Source of the DNA: Octopus bimaculoides
Lineage: Eukaryota
NCBI RefSeq assembly: GCF_001194135.2
Contig: NC_068982.1
Location: 119,128,637-119,192,636, forward strand
Length of the DNA: 64,000 nucleotides
Reading direction: 5' to 3'
In this document: positions 13,801 to 25,182 of the stretch, piece by piece
Layout of the letters: each line of letters starts with the position of its first letter
Numbering within the stretch: position 1 is the stretch's first letter
The notes under the pieces: generated by a model
Database searches by the model: none
Told to the model about the DNA's origin: nothing
The model's input: only the letters and a program-made list of their open reading frames with translations
Made by a program: the position numbers and the translations under genes

Positions 13801-13966
13801 CATGATTTGTGTTCCAGCATGGTTAATTAATTACAGTAATCAATGAAACAATAAGCTAGTAGCATGTTGTTTCTATTTGATGTATCATTACCCCTTAAAA
13901 GTGATATAATTCATATCTCTAACCCCAGATATTACCTAGCTCTATATCAGAACACCTAAATATTGA

Positions 13967-14178
13967 TTTGAAATTTTGGAACAATGCTAGCAATTTTGGG
14001 GCAAGGTAAAAGTCGATTACATCGACCTCAGTACACAAATGGCACTTATTTCATAGACTCCGAAAGGATGAAAGGCAAAGTCAACCTCGGTGGAGCATGA
14101 TCTCAGAACGGGAAGACGGACGAAATACCGCTAAGCATATCGCCCGGCGTGCTAACGATTCTGACACGTCACCGCCTT
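13967..14178 (-). mobile_element. SINE family B, full length
   Basis: GTCGATTACATCGACC...CCGAAAGGATGAAAGGCAAAGTCAACCTCGG...ATACCGCTAAGCAT.TCGCCCGGCGTGCTAACGATTCTG...ACCGCCTT. Confidence 0.9.
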
Positions 14179-14196
14179 AGAATACCTAAATATTCT

Positions 14197-14408
14197 TTTC
14201 TACTCGAGGCACAAGGCCCGAAATTTTAGGGGAGGGGCCAGTTGATTAGATAGACCCCAGTAAACAACAGATACTTAATTTATCGACCCCGAAATGATGT
14301 AAGGCAAAGTAGACATCGGTGGAATTTGAACTCAGAATATAAAGACAGGAGAAATACCGCTAAGCATTTCACCCGGCATGCTAACGCTTCTGCCAGGTCA
14401 CCGCCTTT
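14197..14408 (-). mobile_element. SINE family B, full length, different 3' subtype
   Basis: CTTTTCTACTCGAGGCACAAGGCCCGAAATTT...GGAATTTGAACTCAGAA...ACCGCCTT. Confidence 0.9.
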
Positions 14409-14995
14409 AGAACATCTAAATATTGAAATGTATTTTACTATGTTCTAAGAAAATATATGGAAATAACTACTGGTATTGCTTTGCTGTTCTTGTAATTATT
14501 GCTGTATAGCTGCCGTCAGCATTAATTAACCAGAACTATCTCATATAATTAGACCAATAAATGCATTAATTTCCATTGTTTAACTGGTGTTCCAGACGCA
14601 ACAATGAAGTCTTATTTTCTTTTTACTGACGCTGATTTATATTATGTCAAACTTATCAAATACGTCGTTTTATTTTGAATTCACTTGAGTAGGATTTCAG
14701 AACGGTTATGCTGTTACTTCTAGGAGGTCAATCAATCATATAGTGATGCCGATGTTTGCCCGGTGTACAAACGATTTAGAATGTCTCTTCTTCATCGACT
14801 TCATGTGGAAAAAGAGGTTCTTGTCATGATGTTCGCAGGCACACTCAGATCTGTGAAATTGATACTCATAACAATCTTAAATCCCTTTCCCAGGGAGGGA
14901 ATTTAAGACAGTCGATTTTCCAGGGAAGAATAGGAATAGGCGAACAAATGCATTATTTGTATCTAACTTCTCTTAATATATTAATAGTATTTATA

Positions 14996-15215
14996 AAGTA
15001 GCGAGTTTGCAAAATCGTTAGCACGCCCGCAAAAATTCTTAACCGCATTTTGTGTGTCGCTACGTTCTGAGTTCATATTCCGCCGATGTCGACTTCGCCT
15101 TTCATCCTTTCGGGATTGATACAATAAGTACCAGTTGATCACTGTACTCGCTCTAATCGGCTTAGCTCTCTCTCAAAATTGTTGGCCTTGTGCCAACATA
15201 TGAAACCAATATATT
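14996..15215 (+). mobile_element. SINE family B
   Basis: AATCGTTAGCACGCCC...CGTTCTGAGTTCA...GTCGACTTCGCCTTTCATCCTTTCGGG...AAGTACCAGT...GGCCTTGTGCC. Confidence 0.88.
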
Positions 15216-16769
15216 ATGAGTATTTACCAAGAAGATATATAATAAAACTTAAAGATATATTGCAAAGGATTCATTCCCCAAATTAACATCAAAGTAAATA
15301 CGTTTTCTGAATTTTTGTTGCTATCTTTATTAAATTTCCTCATAGCAATATAAACATGCATCTAAACATTCAACGATTTTGATAACAAGATAGTATATGT
15401 ATCGGAAAGAATTTATTATATGAAAAGTAACACAAAAGAAGCGAAGAACAAAGAAGAGAAAAATAAATAAAGATTGTGACAGTTGGGAATTGAACCGAAA
15501 AACCTGTCTTGCTACTAGCGTTGTTCCATATGCTTAGCTAATTTACGATGCCATAAATTTGTTCATTCACGGTTATGAGGTTTCGTTTTCTTGACATAGA
15601 TTGCTACTAATTTAAAACATTGCGCTAACAGTTTGCTTTTAGTATTTCATACTCTTTCTATTATTATTTATCAATATTCTTGCAATGAAATATCGATAGA
15701 CTAGTTTCAGATTTCCACACTAGATTAATAATCCTGATATCTCAAGCTATTTTACGATTAAGATACATATTCCCAGATTGAATATATATAACATTATTCA
15801 ACGAAATAAAGCCATCGACTAAAAATATCAAACACACACACACAAATGTATGTATACAGTATATATATANNNNNNNNNNNNNNNNNNNNNNNNNNNNNNN
15901 NNNNNNNNNNNNNNNNNNNNNNNNNNNNNNNNNNNNNNATATATATATATATATACACTGAGAGATATAAACTATAAAAATATAGATAAATATCTAATAA
16001 ATTCAAAGGAAACTATTAAATTTTGCTCGGAAAATCTAAATACTCAAATCAATTATGCATAAACTTATTAAGTTAGAAATTCTATTAAAACTAGCTGTTA
16101 GCATATTGGCAATTCACATGGAGATGAATCAGTATATACTGATTCGACTTCCCTTGACAGTATTTGTTCGTTCTCTATATTATTCATTGCCCTACACACA
16201 CACATGCATGTTTGTGTGAGAGAAAGAGAATGGGAGAGTAGTCATTATCAAAATAATAACGTTAGGGTTTCGGAAAATACAAATAAAAATGAGAGTAAAA
16301 TGAAGAGAATATAAAATTTGTTTATAATGTATATTCCAAAATTGCTTTAGTTTGACAGATTTATGAAACAGACTGAGAAATTTGAGTGAAAAACAATTGT
16401 TTTAATAAAGGAAGAAACCATGCTGAAATAAAGCAATGTGGTAAATATGAAAGAAAGTAGGTGTGAGTTTAATAAAATCGTTGTTCTAGGGGAAAAGGAA
16501 CATCTTTGTGTAATGAGAAACTGCTAACATTATGTAGGTAAAATTTTGAAATCGTGATTTAAGATACGGAAATGTGGACGAGCTACTGCAACAAAGCCAT
16601 ATAGCTACAGGATGACTTGAAATTAGAGCAAATGTGTTGGAAATTTTCTAGATATACGGAGATTGAAGTTGAACAATAATAATAATTCCAATTACGAAAT
16701 ACAAAAACAATGTTATTCTATCTATAAAATGTTAAATCTATTTAGCCATATTTAGTTTACGATAATTTG

Positions 16770-16975
16770 ATTGTTTCAAACTTTTGCACAAGGCCAGTAA
16801 TTTTAAGAGGAGGGAATCTAATCAATTTCATTGAATTCATTACTTGGTTGTTACTTCTTTTCGTCGCAACAAGAAAGGCAAAGGTGAACTCAGCAGAATT
16901 CAAATTCGTAACGGAAAAACTTGAAAGAAACGCTCTTAAGTACTTTTTACGCATAGGCTAACCACTTAGACCGCT
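16770..16975 (-). mobile_element. SINE family B, highly degenerate
   Basis: GCACAAGGCCAGTAATTTT...AAAGGCAAAGGTGAACTCAGCAGAATTCAAA. Confidence 0.6.
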
Positions 16976-17085
16976 CGGAAACACAATTCTAATAAAACAT
17001 ATTTCTAGTTTAGACACAAGGTCTAAAATTTTTCATTAGGGTTTCCCATGTCTTGCGGGGAATTTATATGAATTTATATGAGTCT

Positions 17086-17753
17086 TTAGGCATTCGCACC
17101 AACACCAATGTATCTGGCGCTTGAAAGGTGTTTGGTGCCAAAGATCACACCCTCGCTCTCTCTAAATCCTGCTTTCGTGATAGGAGGTACATCAAGTTTG
17201 GTGTCGATGTGGTTGCTTCTTGCTGTTGAGAGAGTTTTCTTTTGGTAGGTTGTTGCAATTGAGGTAGTGTTGGTGGTGCAGTTTGTGACTGTGGTGCTAG
17301 GGAGGTTGTTGATGCTGTAGGTGTCTCTGTGGAAGTTTTGGGTGTATTTTCTATGGGGTTTTTTTTTTGTATGTTGATGCAATTATTTTTATTTTTTTAC
17401 GATATTTTTGAACTTTTGGCGTCTGCCCCTTCATTTTTGCTGTGTGTTGTCAATGAATCTGAGTCTGTGGAATCACGGTGTTGGTCGATGGGGTTTGAAG
17501 TAGACAGATAGAGGGAGGGACTGGGAGAAATTCGTTGAGGGAACCCTTGGGTGCTACGTGTGTTCTTATGTATTGTCTCTTTTGTTGCTGGTCTTGCTGA
17601 AGCTGCTTGTGTTGCTGCCGTGCCTGGTGTTGCTGCTGTGACTGACATCGATGCTGCTCCTGGGGCAGCTGTTGTTACTGGGGCTGCTGTTGATGTTGGT
17701 GTTGGTGATTTTCCTTTGTTCATTGGTTTTATTGTTCTTGCTGATGATGGCAA
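17086..17753 (-). mobile_element. Interrupted Thr/Ala/Ser-rich reading frame, possibly a non-LTR retrotransposon ORF1 fragment
   Basis: GC-richer segment; two successive minus-strand ORFs (118 and 98 aa) ending ...PPITKAGFRESEGVIFG; bounded by SINEs. The ORF1 assignment is a guess. Confidence 0.3.
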
Positions 17754-17754
17754 A

Positions 17755-17850
17755 TCTGCCTTAGATGAATTTGAACTCAGAACGGTGCGACGGGCGAAAT
17801 ACTGCTAAGTATTTCGTCCAGCGTGCAAAAGATTCTGCCTGTTCACCGCC

Positions 17851-17853
<3 letters not shown>
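17755..17853 (-). mobile_element. SINE family B, 5' head only
   Basis: GAATTTGAACTCAGAACG...CGAAATACTGCTAAG...GATTCTGCC...ACCGCCTTA. Confidence 0.85.
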
Positions 17854-17900
<47 letters not shown>

Positions 17901-18112
17901 CCTTTCTACTCTGGGTAGAAGGCGTGAAATTATGGGGGAGGGGGCAGTGAATTAGATTGACCCAGTAAGCAACTGGTACTTAATTTGTCGACCCCGAAAG
18001 AATGAAAAGTAAAGTCGACCTCGTCGGAATTTGAACTCAGTGGTTAATAGCAGACGAAATACGACTAAACATTTCGCCCGGTATGCTAACGATTTTTCCA
18101 GCTTGCCGCCTT
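17854..18112 (-). mobile_element. SINE family B with long (ATT)n 3' tail
   Basis: Body 17901-18112 matches the family; (AAT)n at 17854-17900 on the plus strand is its tail. Confidence 0.9.
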
Positions 18113-18124
18113 CATAAAATTGCG

Positions 18125-19020
18125 TAACTAAAGAAAAAATTAAATAAGAAATGACACAAAAAAAAGAAAAAAAGATAAAAGCATGGAAGGAAAAGAAAAT
18201 GTACGGTCAGTTTGCAAGAGATGTGCACGAACACCAAGACAGACGCAGAGGACCGGTGGCTGTGGATGAGGAAGAGTGATCTGAAGATAGATTTAGAAGC
18301 TCCCAAATGGGCAACTCAGGAACAGGCGTTAAGGATTAATTATATGTGCAGAACAGACAACACTACCGACAGTGACAAATGCAGAATGTGTGGTAAGAGG
18401 GGTGAAATGGTATGGCACATCGTTAGCAAATGCCCGAAATTAGCACAACGCGAATGCAAAAGACGTCATGACAATGTGGCAAGAATGAACTATTGGGAAC
18501 TCTGTGGAAATCCAGGCCTACAAAGTGCAAAGACGTGGTATGAGAAGACCCCAGAAGGAGCCACCGAAAATAAGAATTGCAAAATCCTGTGGGATACAAG
18601 ATCCAGTGCAATCACCTAACCAGACATCGAAGCCGGACATTGTTGTGGTGAATAAAAACGAAAGAACGTGCATGATAATCGACACATCATGCAGCGGTGA
18701 CAACAGGATCAATGTGAAAGAAGAAAAAAATAAATAACTATGATGATTTGAAGGGGGAAATACGAAGGTTGTGGTCAACGAGAAGAGTAGACGTAATACC
18801 AGTAGTAATTGGAACACTTAGAAGTATCGGCACACAGAGACCAACATGGCTGAAAAAGATCGGTGCAAGCGTAAATGTAGAACACCTACAAAAATCAGCA
18901 TTACTTGGAACTGCAAGAATTCTTCGCAAGTGTCTTGAAGCATGACCAGTAGAACATGTGTCACCTTAGTCTGCTGGCTGTGGACAGCTGACACTTCCCA
19001 TCATAATATAAGCTGTGAGA
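18125..19020 (+). mobile_element. R4/Dong-clade non-LTR retrotransposon, 5'-truncated 3' end (family R4-A), frameshifted
   Basis: WKEKKMYGQF; QEQALRINY; CCHC knuckle CRMCGKRGEMVWHIVSKC; RRHDNVA; RLE nuclease KPDIVVV...IID; IPVVIGTL; LQKSALLGTARILRKCLEA* (stop 18943-45); 3' UTR then TAA repeats. Confidence 0.9.
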
Positions 19021-19102
19021 TATAATATAATAATAATATAAGATGTATATAAGTAATATAAGCTGTGTGATTTAATATAATAATAATAATAATAATAATA
19101 AT

Positions 19103-19304
19103 AGGTAGAAGGCCCAAAATTTTGTAGGAGGGGGCTAGTCGATTAGATCGACACCAGTAAGCAACTTGTACTTAATTTATCGACCCCGAAAGGATAAAAC
19201 GCAACGTTGACCTCCGGGGAATTTGAACACGGAACGTAAAGACAAACGAAATATCGCTAAGCATTTCGCCCGGCGTGCTAACGTTTCAGCCACCTCACCG
19301 CCTT
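19103..19304 (-). mobile_element. SINE family B
   Basis: TTAATTTATCGACCCCGAAAGGAT...GAATTTGAAC...CGCTAAGCATTTCGCCCGGCGTGCTAACG...ACCGCCTT. Confidence 0.9.
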
Positions 19305-19355
19305 GATAATACTAATAATAACAATAAATGAAGAAATGGATAACAAGATCAGAAA

Positions 19356-19395
<40 letters not shown>

Positions 19396-19446
19396 GTTAT
19401 TGTTATTATTATTATTATTGTTATTATAACAATAATGATAATAATA

Positions 19447-20960
19447 AATGCAAGAAATGGCCAACAAATACAAGGCTTACTATCAAGTTTTAATCAATTC
19501 AGTGATGACATGAGGATACAATTTGGCCTCGATAAATGTGCAAAAGCTACCTTTATCAAAGTATAAGTGACAGAAACATCTAACGTTAATCTTGACCAGC
19601 AGAATGTCATAAAAGTGTTAGAAGAACCGACGGAGAGCTTCAAACATCTAGGTATATTTGAAGGTGATTGAATAAAACATTCAATTATGAGGGAAAGGAA
19701 CAGAAGAGAATGTTATCGCAGGGTAAGGGCAATACTCAAGTGAGAACTGAACGAAAGGAACAGGATTGAAGCGATAAATATTTTAGCCATACCGGCCTTG
19801 ACTTACAATCTCAATATCATTAACTGGTCAATACTGAAATACGTAATCTTGACAGAAAAATACGAAAATTGTTGACAATGCATAGAATGTAGCACCCTAA
19901 GGCAGATACAGAACGATATTACCTACCAAGAAAACAGTGGCGGTGGACTTTTATAAGTGGAATTAACAACGAAGATTTCCACAATTGGCCTAAGCACCTA
20001 CTTGAAAAAGTCTGATGACTGGTCGTTAAAACTTTCTTAAAGCCTGAAAACAAGTGAGCATCATACTCAGCAAGAAAACAGGCAAAGGATTATATAAGTA
20101 AATTCCAACTACAACAAATCTCAGACTTAGACGTAGTGGAAACAAGCACAGAAAAAGCTAAGCGTATGAAAACCTGTGCTAAAACTGCTGCCTTATACAT
20201 TCTTAGTGGTAAATGGCAAATGCCCAATGAGACCTAAAAGTGCCGATGTTGACATAGCCCTTACCCATCAATGATTAGTATCTTCTGGTTTAAAATCAGA
20301 AACAGAAGGGTTTATCATAGAAGCCCAAGATCAATGCCTACCTACGACAAACTACCAGGCCAACATATTAAAGAACGACAGTTGCCCAACATGTTGTGTA
20401 TGTAAACAACAAAATGAAACCATTGATCATTTTGTGTCTATGCGCTGTCTTCTTGCGCCTACAGAGTATCTCAACAGCAATGATAGAGCGGCACAGTATA
20501 TTCACTTGATAATTTTCAAGAACCTGGATCTGCCACGTGATAAAAACTGGTGGGAATACAAACAACGTCCAGTGCTTGAAAATGATCACATCTGACTCTT
20601 CTGGAACTTCACCATTCAAACTGACAGAAAGATAGATGCAAATGAGCCAGACATTATAGTGAAAGACTTCAGACAAAAATCATGCCTCCTCATTGATATG
20701 ACTGTCCCAATCGACATAAATGTATCTGTCACGACCTACCAAAAACTGAGCAAATATAAAAATCTTGAAATAGAAATCGGCACAATGTGGAACCTGAAGC
20801 CGAAGACAATACCTGTTGTCATATATTTAAAAGATAGTGCCCATATCCTATGTAAAATACTGTCTACGTAAACCCAAATTTTAAAACAAACTTATTATTT
20901 TCTTCAACTTTACTAAAGATGATTTTTTTTGTATGTCCGAACATAAAAAGACTAGTGTTC
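19447..20960 (+). mobile_element. R4/Dong-clade retrotransposon, second family (R4-B): RT C-terminus, CCHC, RLE; pseudogenised
   Basis: FSDDMRIQFGLDKCAK; SSGLKSETEGFIIEAQDQCLPT; CCVCKQQNETIDHFVS; FWNFTIQTDRKIDANEPDIIVKDFRQKSCLLIDMTVP; AHILCKILST*; preceded by (ATT)n/(ATA)n. Confidence 0.9.
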
Positions 20961-20997
20961 TTAGAATAAAAAGAATGGTGGTGGTGTGGTGGTGGAG

Positions 20998-21375
20998 GAA
21001 GGACAAGCTGAAGAGTAACCTTTCTGCAAGCAAAATACCTCAGAGCACCTCTGAGCAAACAGCCTTGAAACACACAAAATGGCGATCGTGTCAAAATGGT
21101 ATCAAAAACTTTGTTGCAACCATCAATAACAGGCTTAGAGGTGCAAAGTGAAAGAAAAAAGCGGATGCATATATACCACCTGCACTGACACGTAATCCTC
21201 ATATTTGCAACATATGTGGGCTTCTTTGCAAATCGTTGGTGCGACTGAAATGTCACATTCGACTTAAGCATTTGCACTGACAAAGAAAAAGTAGGTTGTC
21301 AGCCTACCAGGTGTTTGAGTACCTGGAATTGCGCATAATATCACTACTGGATAGCACAAGGTGGACGCCCTTCAT
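20998..21375 (+). mobile_element. RTE (BovB-like) LINE 3' end
   Basis: KDKLKSNL...EQTALKHTKWRS...GIKNF followed by a terminal C2H2-like CNICGLLCKSLVRLKCHIRLKH, typical of RTE ORF C-termini. Confidence 0.75.
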
Positions 21376-21528
21376 AATGCTCTCTCCTACGTTCATAGCA
21401 TAATATACTATAACTACTTATATATAGAATAAGCAAAAGTTTATATCATGTGTTCCCTTTCTTCGTTTCGCAACTCTGGTTGTATGAAACACAATTGGTG
21501 TTTTTAATATATTGCAATAAGATGTCCC

Positions 21529-21658
21529 CTGATGATCTGTTGCGGTTAAGCATCCAATTGCACTCGATATATACAATAAAGAGTTGCCGAACTACCACAA
21601 GATGAAACGTAGGAAAAAATTCGATAAACTTGTGCTTAAGTTAATTTATCCTACATTC
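21529..21658 (+). ncRNA. Degenerate hammerhead-like motif with long stems II and III
   Basis: CTGATGA (21529-35); imperfect stem II TCTGTTGCGGT/ACCACAAGA; GAAAC (21604-08); stem III CGTAGGA/TCCTACA; stem I partner not found. Confidence 0.4.
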
Positions 21659-21940
21659 GTTCTGCATACCATAAGCAGTAATACATCAAAGTATAGTAGT
21701 AACCAAACACTATAATGCTGGAAAGGTATGCGTGTGTGCCTGTGTGTATGTATGCATATATTTATATATGTGTATATATATNNNNNNNNNNNNNNNNNNN
21801 NNNNNNNNNNNNNNNNNNNNNNNNNNNNNNNNNNNNNNNNNNNNNNNNNNNNNNNNNNNNNNNNNNNNNNNNNNNNNNNNNNNNNNNNNNNNNNNNNNNN
21901 NNNNNNNNNNNNNNNNNNNNNNNNNNNNNNNNNNNNNNNN

Positions 21941-21985
<45 letters not shown>

Positions 21986-22032
21986 GTATGCATGTATGTA
22001 TGTATGTGATGCTTCAGATTTCTTCTCGTCAG

Positions 22033-22224
22033 CTTACACCAACAAGGAGTTTGTTAGCAAGGAGCTACTCGAAAAACCCGCGCAGTAGAGTCGACGCTAG
22101 AACAAAACGGGCTTAAAGCGAGCGTCTTAACCACATTGCCATATCTCGTTATGTTCTCGTTAGAAGTATAGTTAATCATGTTGACGCTATGTGACTGAAA
22201 GACTGTCATGTGATAATGAATAAA
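22033..22224 (+). other. Candidate terminal exon
   Basis: TTCTTCTCGTCAG acceptor, (A)YTNKEFVSKELLEKPAQ* (stop 22086-88), AATAAA at 22219-24; no homology recognised. Confidence 0.2.
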
Positions 22225-23280
22225 TTGAATTGAAGCTACGTAACACAACAATGAAATGGAATATCAAGCGTTGATTACTATCCTATATCATAGTTCATAT
22301 AACAACAATCAGCTTCTCATTTAATCTATCACGAGTACCATGTCTACTATCTTACAATATATTCTTATTTTAAAGTTGCAATAATTTTGTTACTTTTACA
22401 GCATAATTTTCAAGTAATTGATGTTATTAAGTATGGGTATAAGAGTATCTCGGTTCTAGACTTTTAGTCATACTCAGTCTTTCAAGTCTGTTAATGACAT
22501 ATGTGAGACCCTAAAGTATGCACATTTAGCAAGTAGAAAAGTCCACCAAGTTATTTTCCATCAGCTATTTCGTTGATAAATGTAATCACTGTCACTACAT
22601 TCCTTCTATTTCTATATATGTACAGTTTTAAAATCTTATCACTGATTAGAGACAAGGTTATTAATACGGTAAAATGCCTGTCACTTTACAGATATCTATT
22701 CTCAGTCGTCGTCTACATTATATTGCCGAAACTTCAATTAATTGATTTTATTGGATTCGTCTCCTTTCTTTGTGCTCCGATATTTAGAGATGTCTGGAGA
22801 GTTTTGTCTACTGACAGCTTGAACAATATCAGTTATTCGATGTTTTTAATTTCAATATGTTATATATGTCAAACCCTATCCTATACGGATATGTTTTTTT
22901 TTTCTTGTGAAAATGAATGAAGACAGTACGATCATTATCAAAAATGTAGTTACTAAAAGTAAAAATACACTAATTCTAATAGTATAAGTCAAGTAAAATT
23001 TGGTGGAATATTAATTACAAAGAGGCAATTTTAGTGTTTTTCTTAGATCCTTCATGCAGTAAGCACCAATAGAGAAGATGCTTTCTCTCGTTATCATTAT
23101 GAAGGAGAATTGGCTAGGAAACAGAAAGCAAAAAAGAAAATAAATCTAATAAACATGCCACAATATTATGCCTTAAGGGAAAGACCGTTAATGCTGGCAT
23201 CAACTTCTGTTCCTGCACCAGAGTGATTGTTGGAAAGCTGTCCTGAGCACAAGCCAAATAGGTTTTAAAACGTAACTCAC

Positions 23281-23343
23281 GCTCCAATAGACGCTGGAGC
23301 GTCAGCACCTTCATTCGACCATTTATTTTTAAGAAGCCAGGTT
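23281..23343 (-). other. Candidate symmetric 63-nt exon
   Basis: TTTTGTCGATAG acceptor, GTGAGT donor; open in two frames (TWLLKNKWSNEGADAPASIG or PGFLKINGRMKVLTLQRLLE). Confidence 0.2.
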
Positions 23344-24196
23344 CTATCGACAAAAATATTTCCCAAAAATAAGTTAAGTATAAACATGAGACCAATACAC
23401 TTTGGTATACGTGAGCATATATTTTCTGTATGTCTACATACACTTAAATCTAAATAAAGATATCTGTGTGAACAAACACACACACACATACACACACACT
23501 CACATGTACATATAGTTCAAGTTTATAGGAAAACAAAGACGAAGACAGGTGTAGGAACAACAAGCAAATGTATTAGTTTGACGCTCGGGAAAAATGGAAA
23601 AGTCTTTTTACATTTCGAGCCTATTCTATTAGACAGAAAGGAATAAGAGGAAATAAATAGTTCAGTGGTCCAGCATGGCGATAATTGGAGAAAAAGTGGC
23701 TGAATAAAGGGAGATAATAATACGGTAATAATAATGAAAATTAGGGGAGATAATTCATGGTCATCCCAACAAGACGAGGTGCGCTTACGTTTATGTGTAT
23801 GTGAGAATGGTGTGTGTGAGTGTTTTAGTGCGTATGCATGAATGGGGACGAGTGAGTTTGGCGTGTGTTCGTGTGTGACGCGTGTGTGTGTGTGTGTGTT
23901 GTGTGCAGCAGTTGATGTGTGCTTTTTCACATGGTGTGTGCACATGTGTATGTGTGTGTGTGTTCCACTGAGACCAAATAGTGTGCATTTATATAGTGTC
24001 TGTGTGCGGATGAAAAGTATCTTTGTCAATGTATGTTGGGTGTGTTTATGCGTGTGTGCGCGTGTGTGTGTGCGTGTGCGTGTGCGTGTTTGTGTATGTC
24101 TATGTGTGTGTGTGGATAAAATCGTTCAGTTGTTCTTAAGTCCGAAAAAAATGCATGGTATTTTATATGTTTTAAGCAACAATATTTTATGTCGGC

Positions 24197-24420
24197 AAGG
24201 CGGAGAAATAGCAGAATCCTTAGCACGTTGGATGAAATGATTAGCGGTATTTCATCCGTCTTCATGTTCTGAGTTCAAATTCCGACGAGGGTAACTTTGT
24301 ATTTCATTCTTTCAGGGACGAAAACATACGGAACACAATCAGTTGACTACTGAAGTCGATGTAATCGATTTACCACCTTCCTCAAAATCCTTGGCCTTGT
24401 ACCAAAACCTAAGATCAATA
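24197..24420 (+). mobile_element. SINE family B
   Basis: AAGGCGG...GCAGAATCCTTAGCACG...GTTCTGAGTTCAAATTCCG...GTCGATGTAATCGA...GGCCTTGTACC. Confidence 0.85.
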
Positions 24421-24473
24421 GTCGTTGAAATCAAAAGTCTTTGCTTAGGTCTAGCCATAACCATTGACTACAT

Positions 24474-24505
<32 letters not shown>

Positions 24506-24813
24506 NNNNNNNNNNNNNNNNNNNNNNNNNNNNNNNNNNNNNNNNNNNNNNNNNNNNNNNNNNNNNNNNNNNNNNNNNNNNNNNNNNNNNNNNNNNNNNN
24601 NNNNNNNNNNNNNNNNNNNNNNNNNNNNNNNNNNNNNNNNNNNNNNNNNNNNNNNNNNNNNNNNNNNNNNNNNNNNNNNNNNNNNNNNNNNNNNNNNNNN
24701 NNNNNNNNNNNNNNNNNNNNNNNNNNNNNNNNNNNNNNNNNNNNNNNNNNNNNNNNNNNNNNNNNNNNNNNNNNNNNNNNNNNNNNNNNNNNNNNNNNNN
24801 NNNNNNNNNNNNN

Positions 24814-24847
<34 letters not shown>

Positions 24848-24929
24848 GACCATAGGTGTGCGTATACGCGTGTATCTAGTTGCATGTATTTGCCATATAC
24901 TTGGAAGTTAGTGCGTGAGCCTGTATGTA

Positions 24930-25182
24930 TATGTCTTCCTCTCTTTCTCGTCCCACCATACCCACCTTCCCCTCTCTCACATCCACCTTCCCTCTCTTAT
25001 ACCCACCTTCTCTCCTCTCTTCCTCTCTTTCTCTCCCCTCCTATACCCACCTTCCCCACTCTTACATCCACCTTCCCCTTCCCCCTTCATCGTCAACACC
25101 CCCTCATAAGCTCATCCCACCGCACCCCAACACACTCCTACTCTACCTTCCCACTCCACCTCATCCAATTCCTTACACCCAC
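24930..25182. repeat. Pyrimidine-rich degenerate minisatellite (ACCCACCTTCCC-like units)
   Basis: Repeated CCCACCTTCCC/TCCACCTTCCC motifs with almost no G on the plus strand; runs into a gap. Confidence 0.8.

Noticed and set aside
17551-17808. Plus-strand ORF resembling a signal-peptide membrane protein
   Set aside because: GTG start, antisense shadow of a Thr/Ala-rich frame, and its C-terminus is SINE sequence.
23590-23640. Minus-strand hammerhead-like remnant (CTTT-CTGTCTA...GGCTCGAAATGTAAAAG)
   Set aside because: Core and stem II are too degenerate to support.
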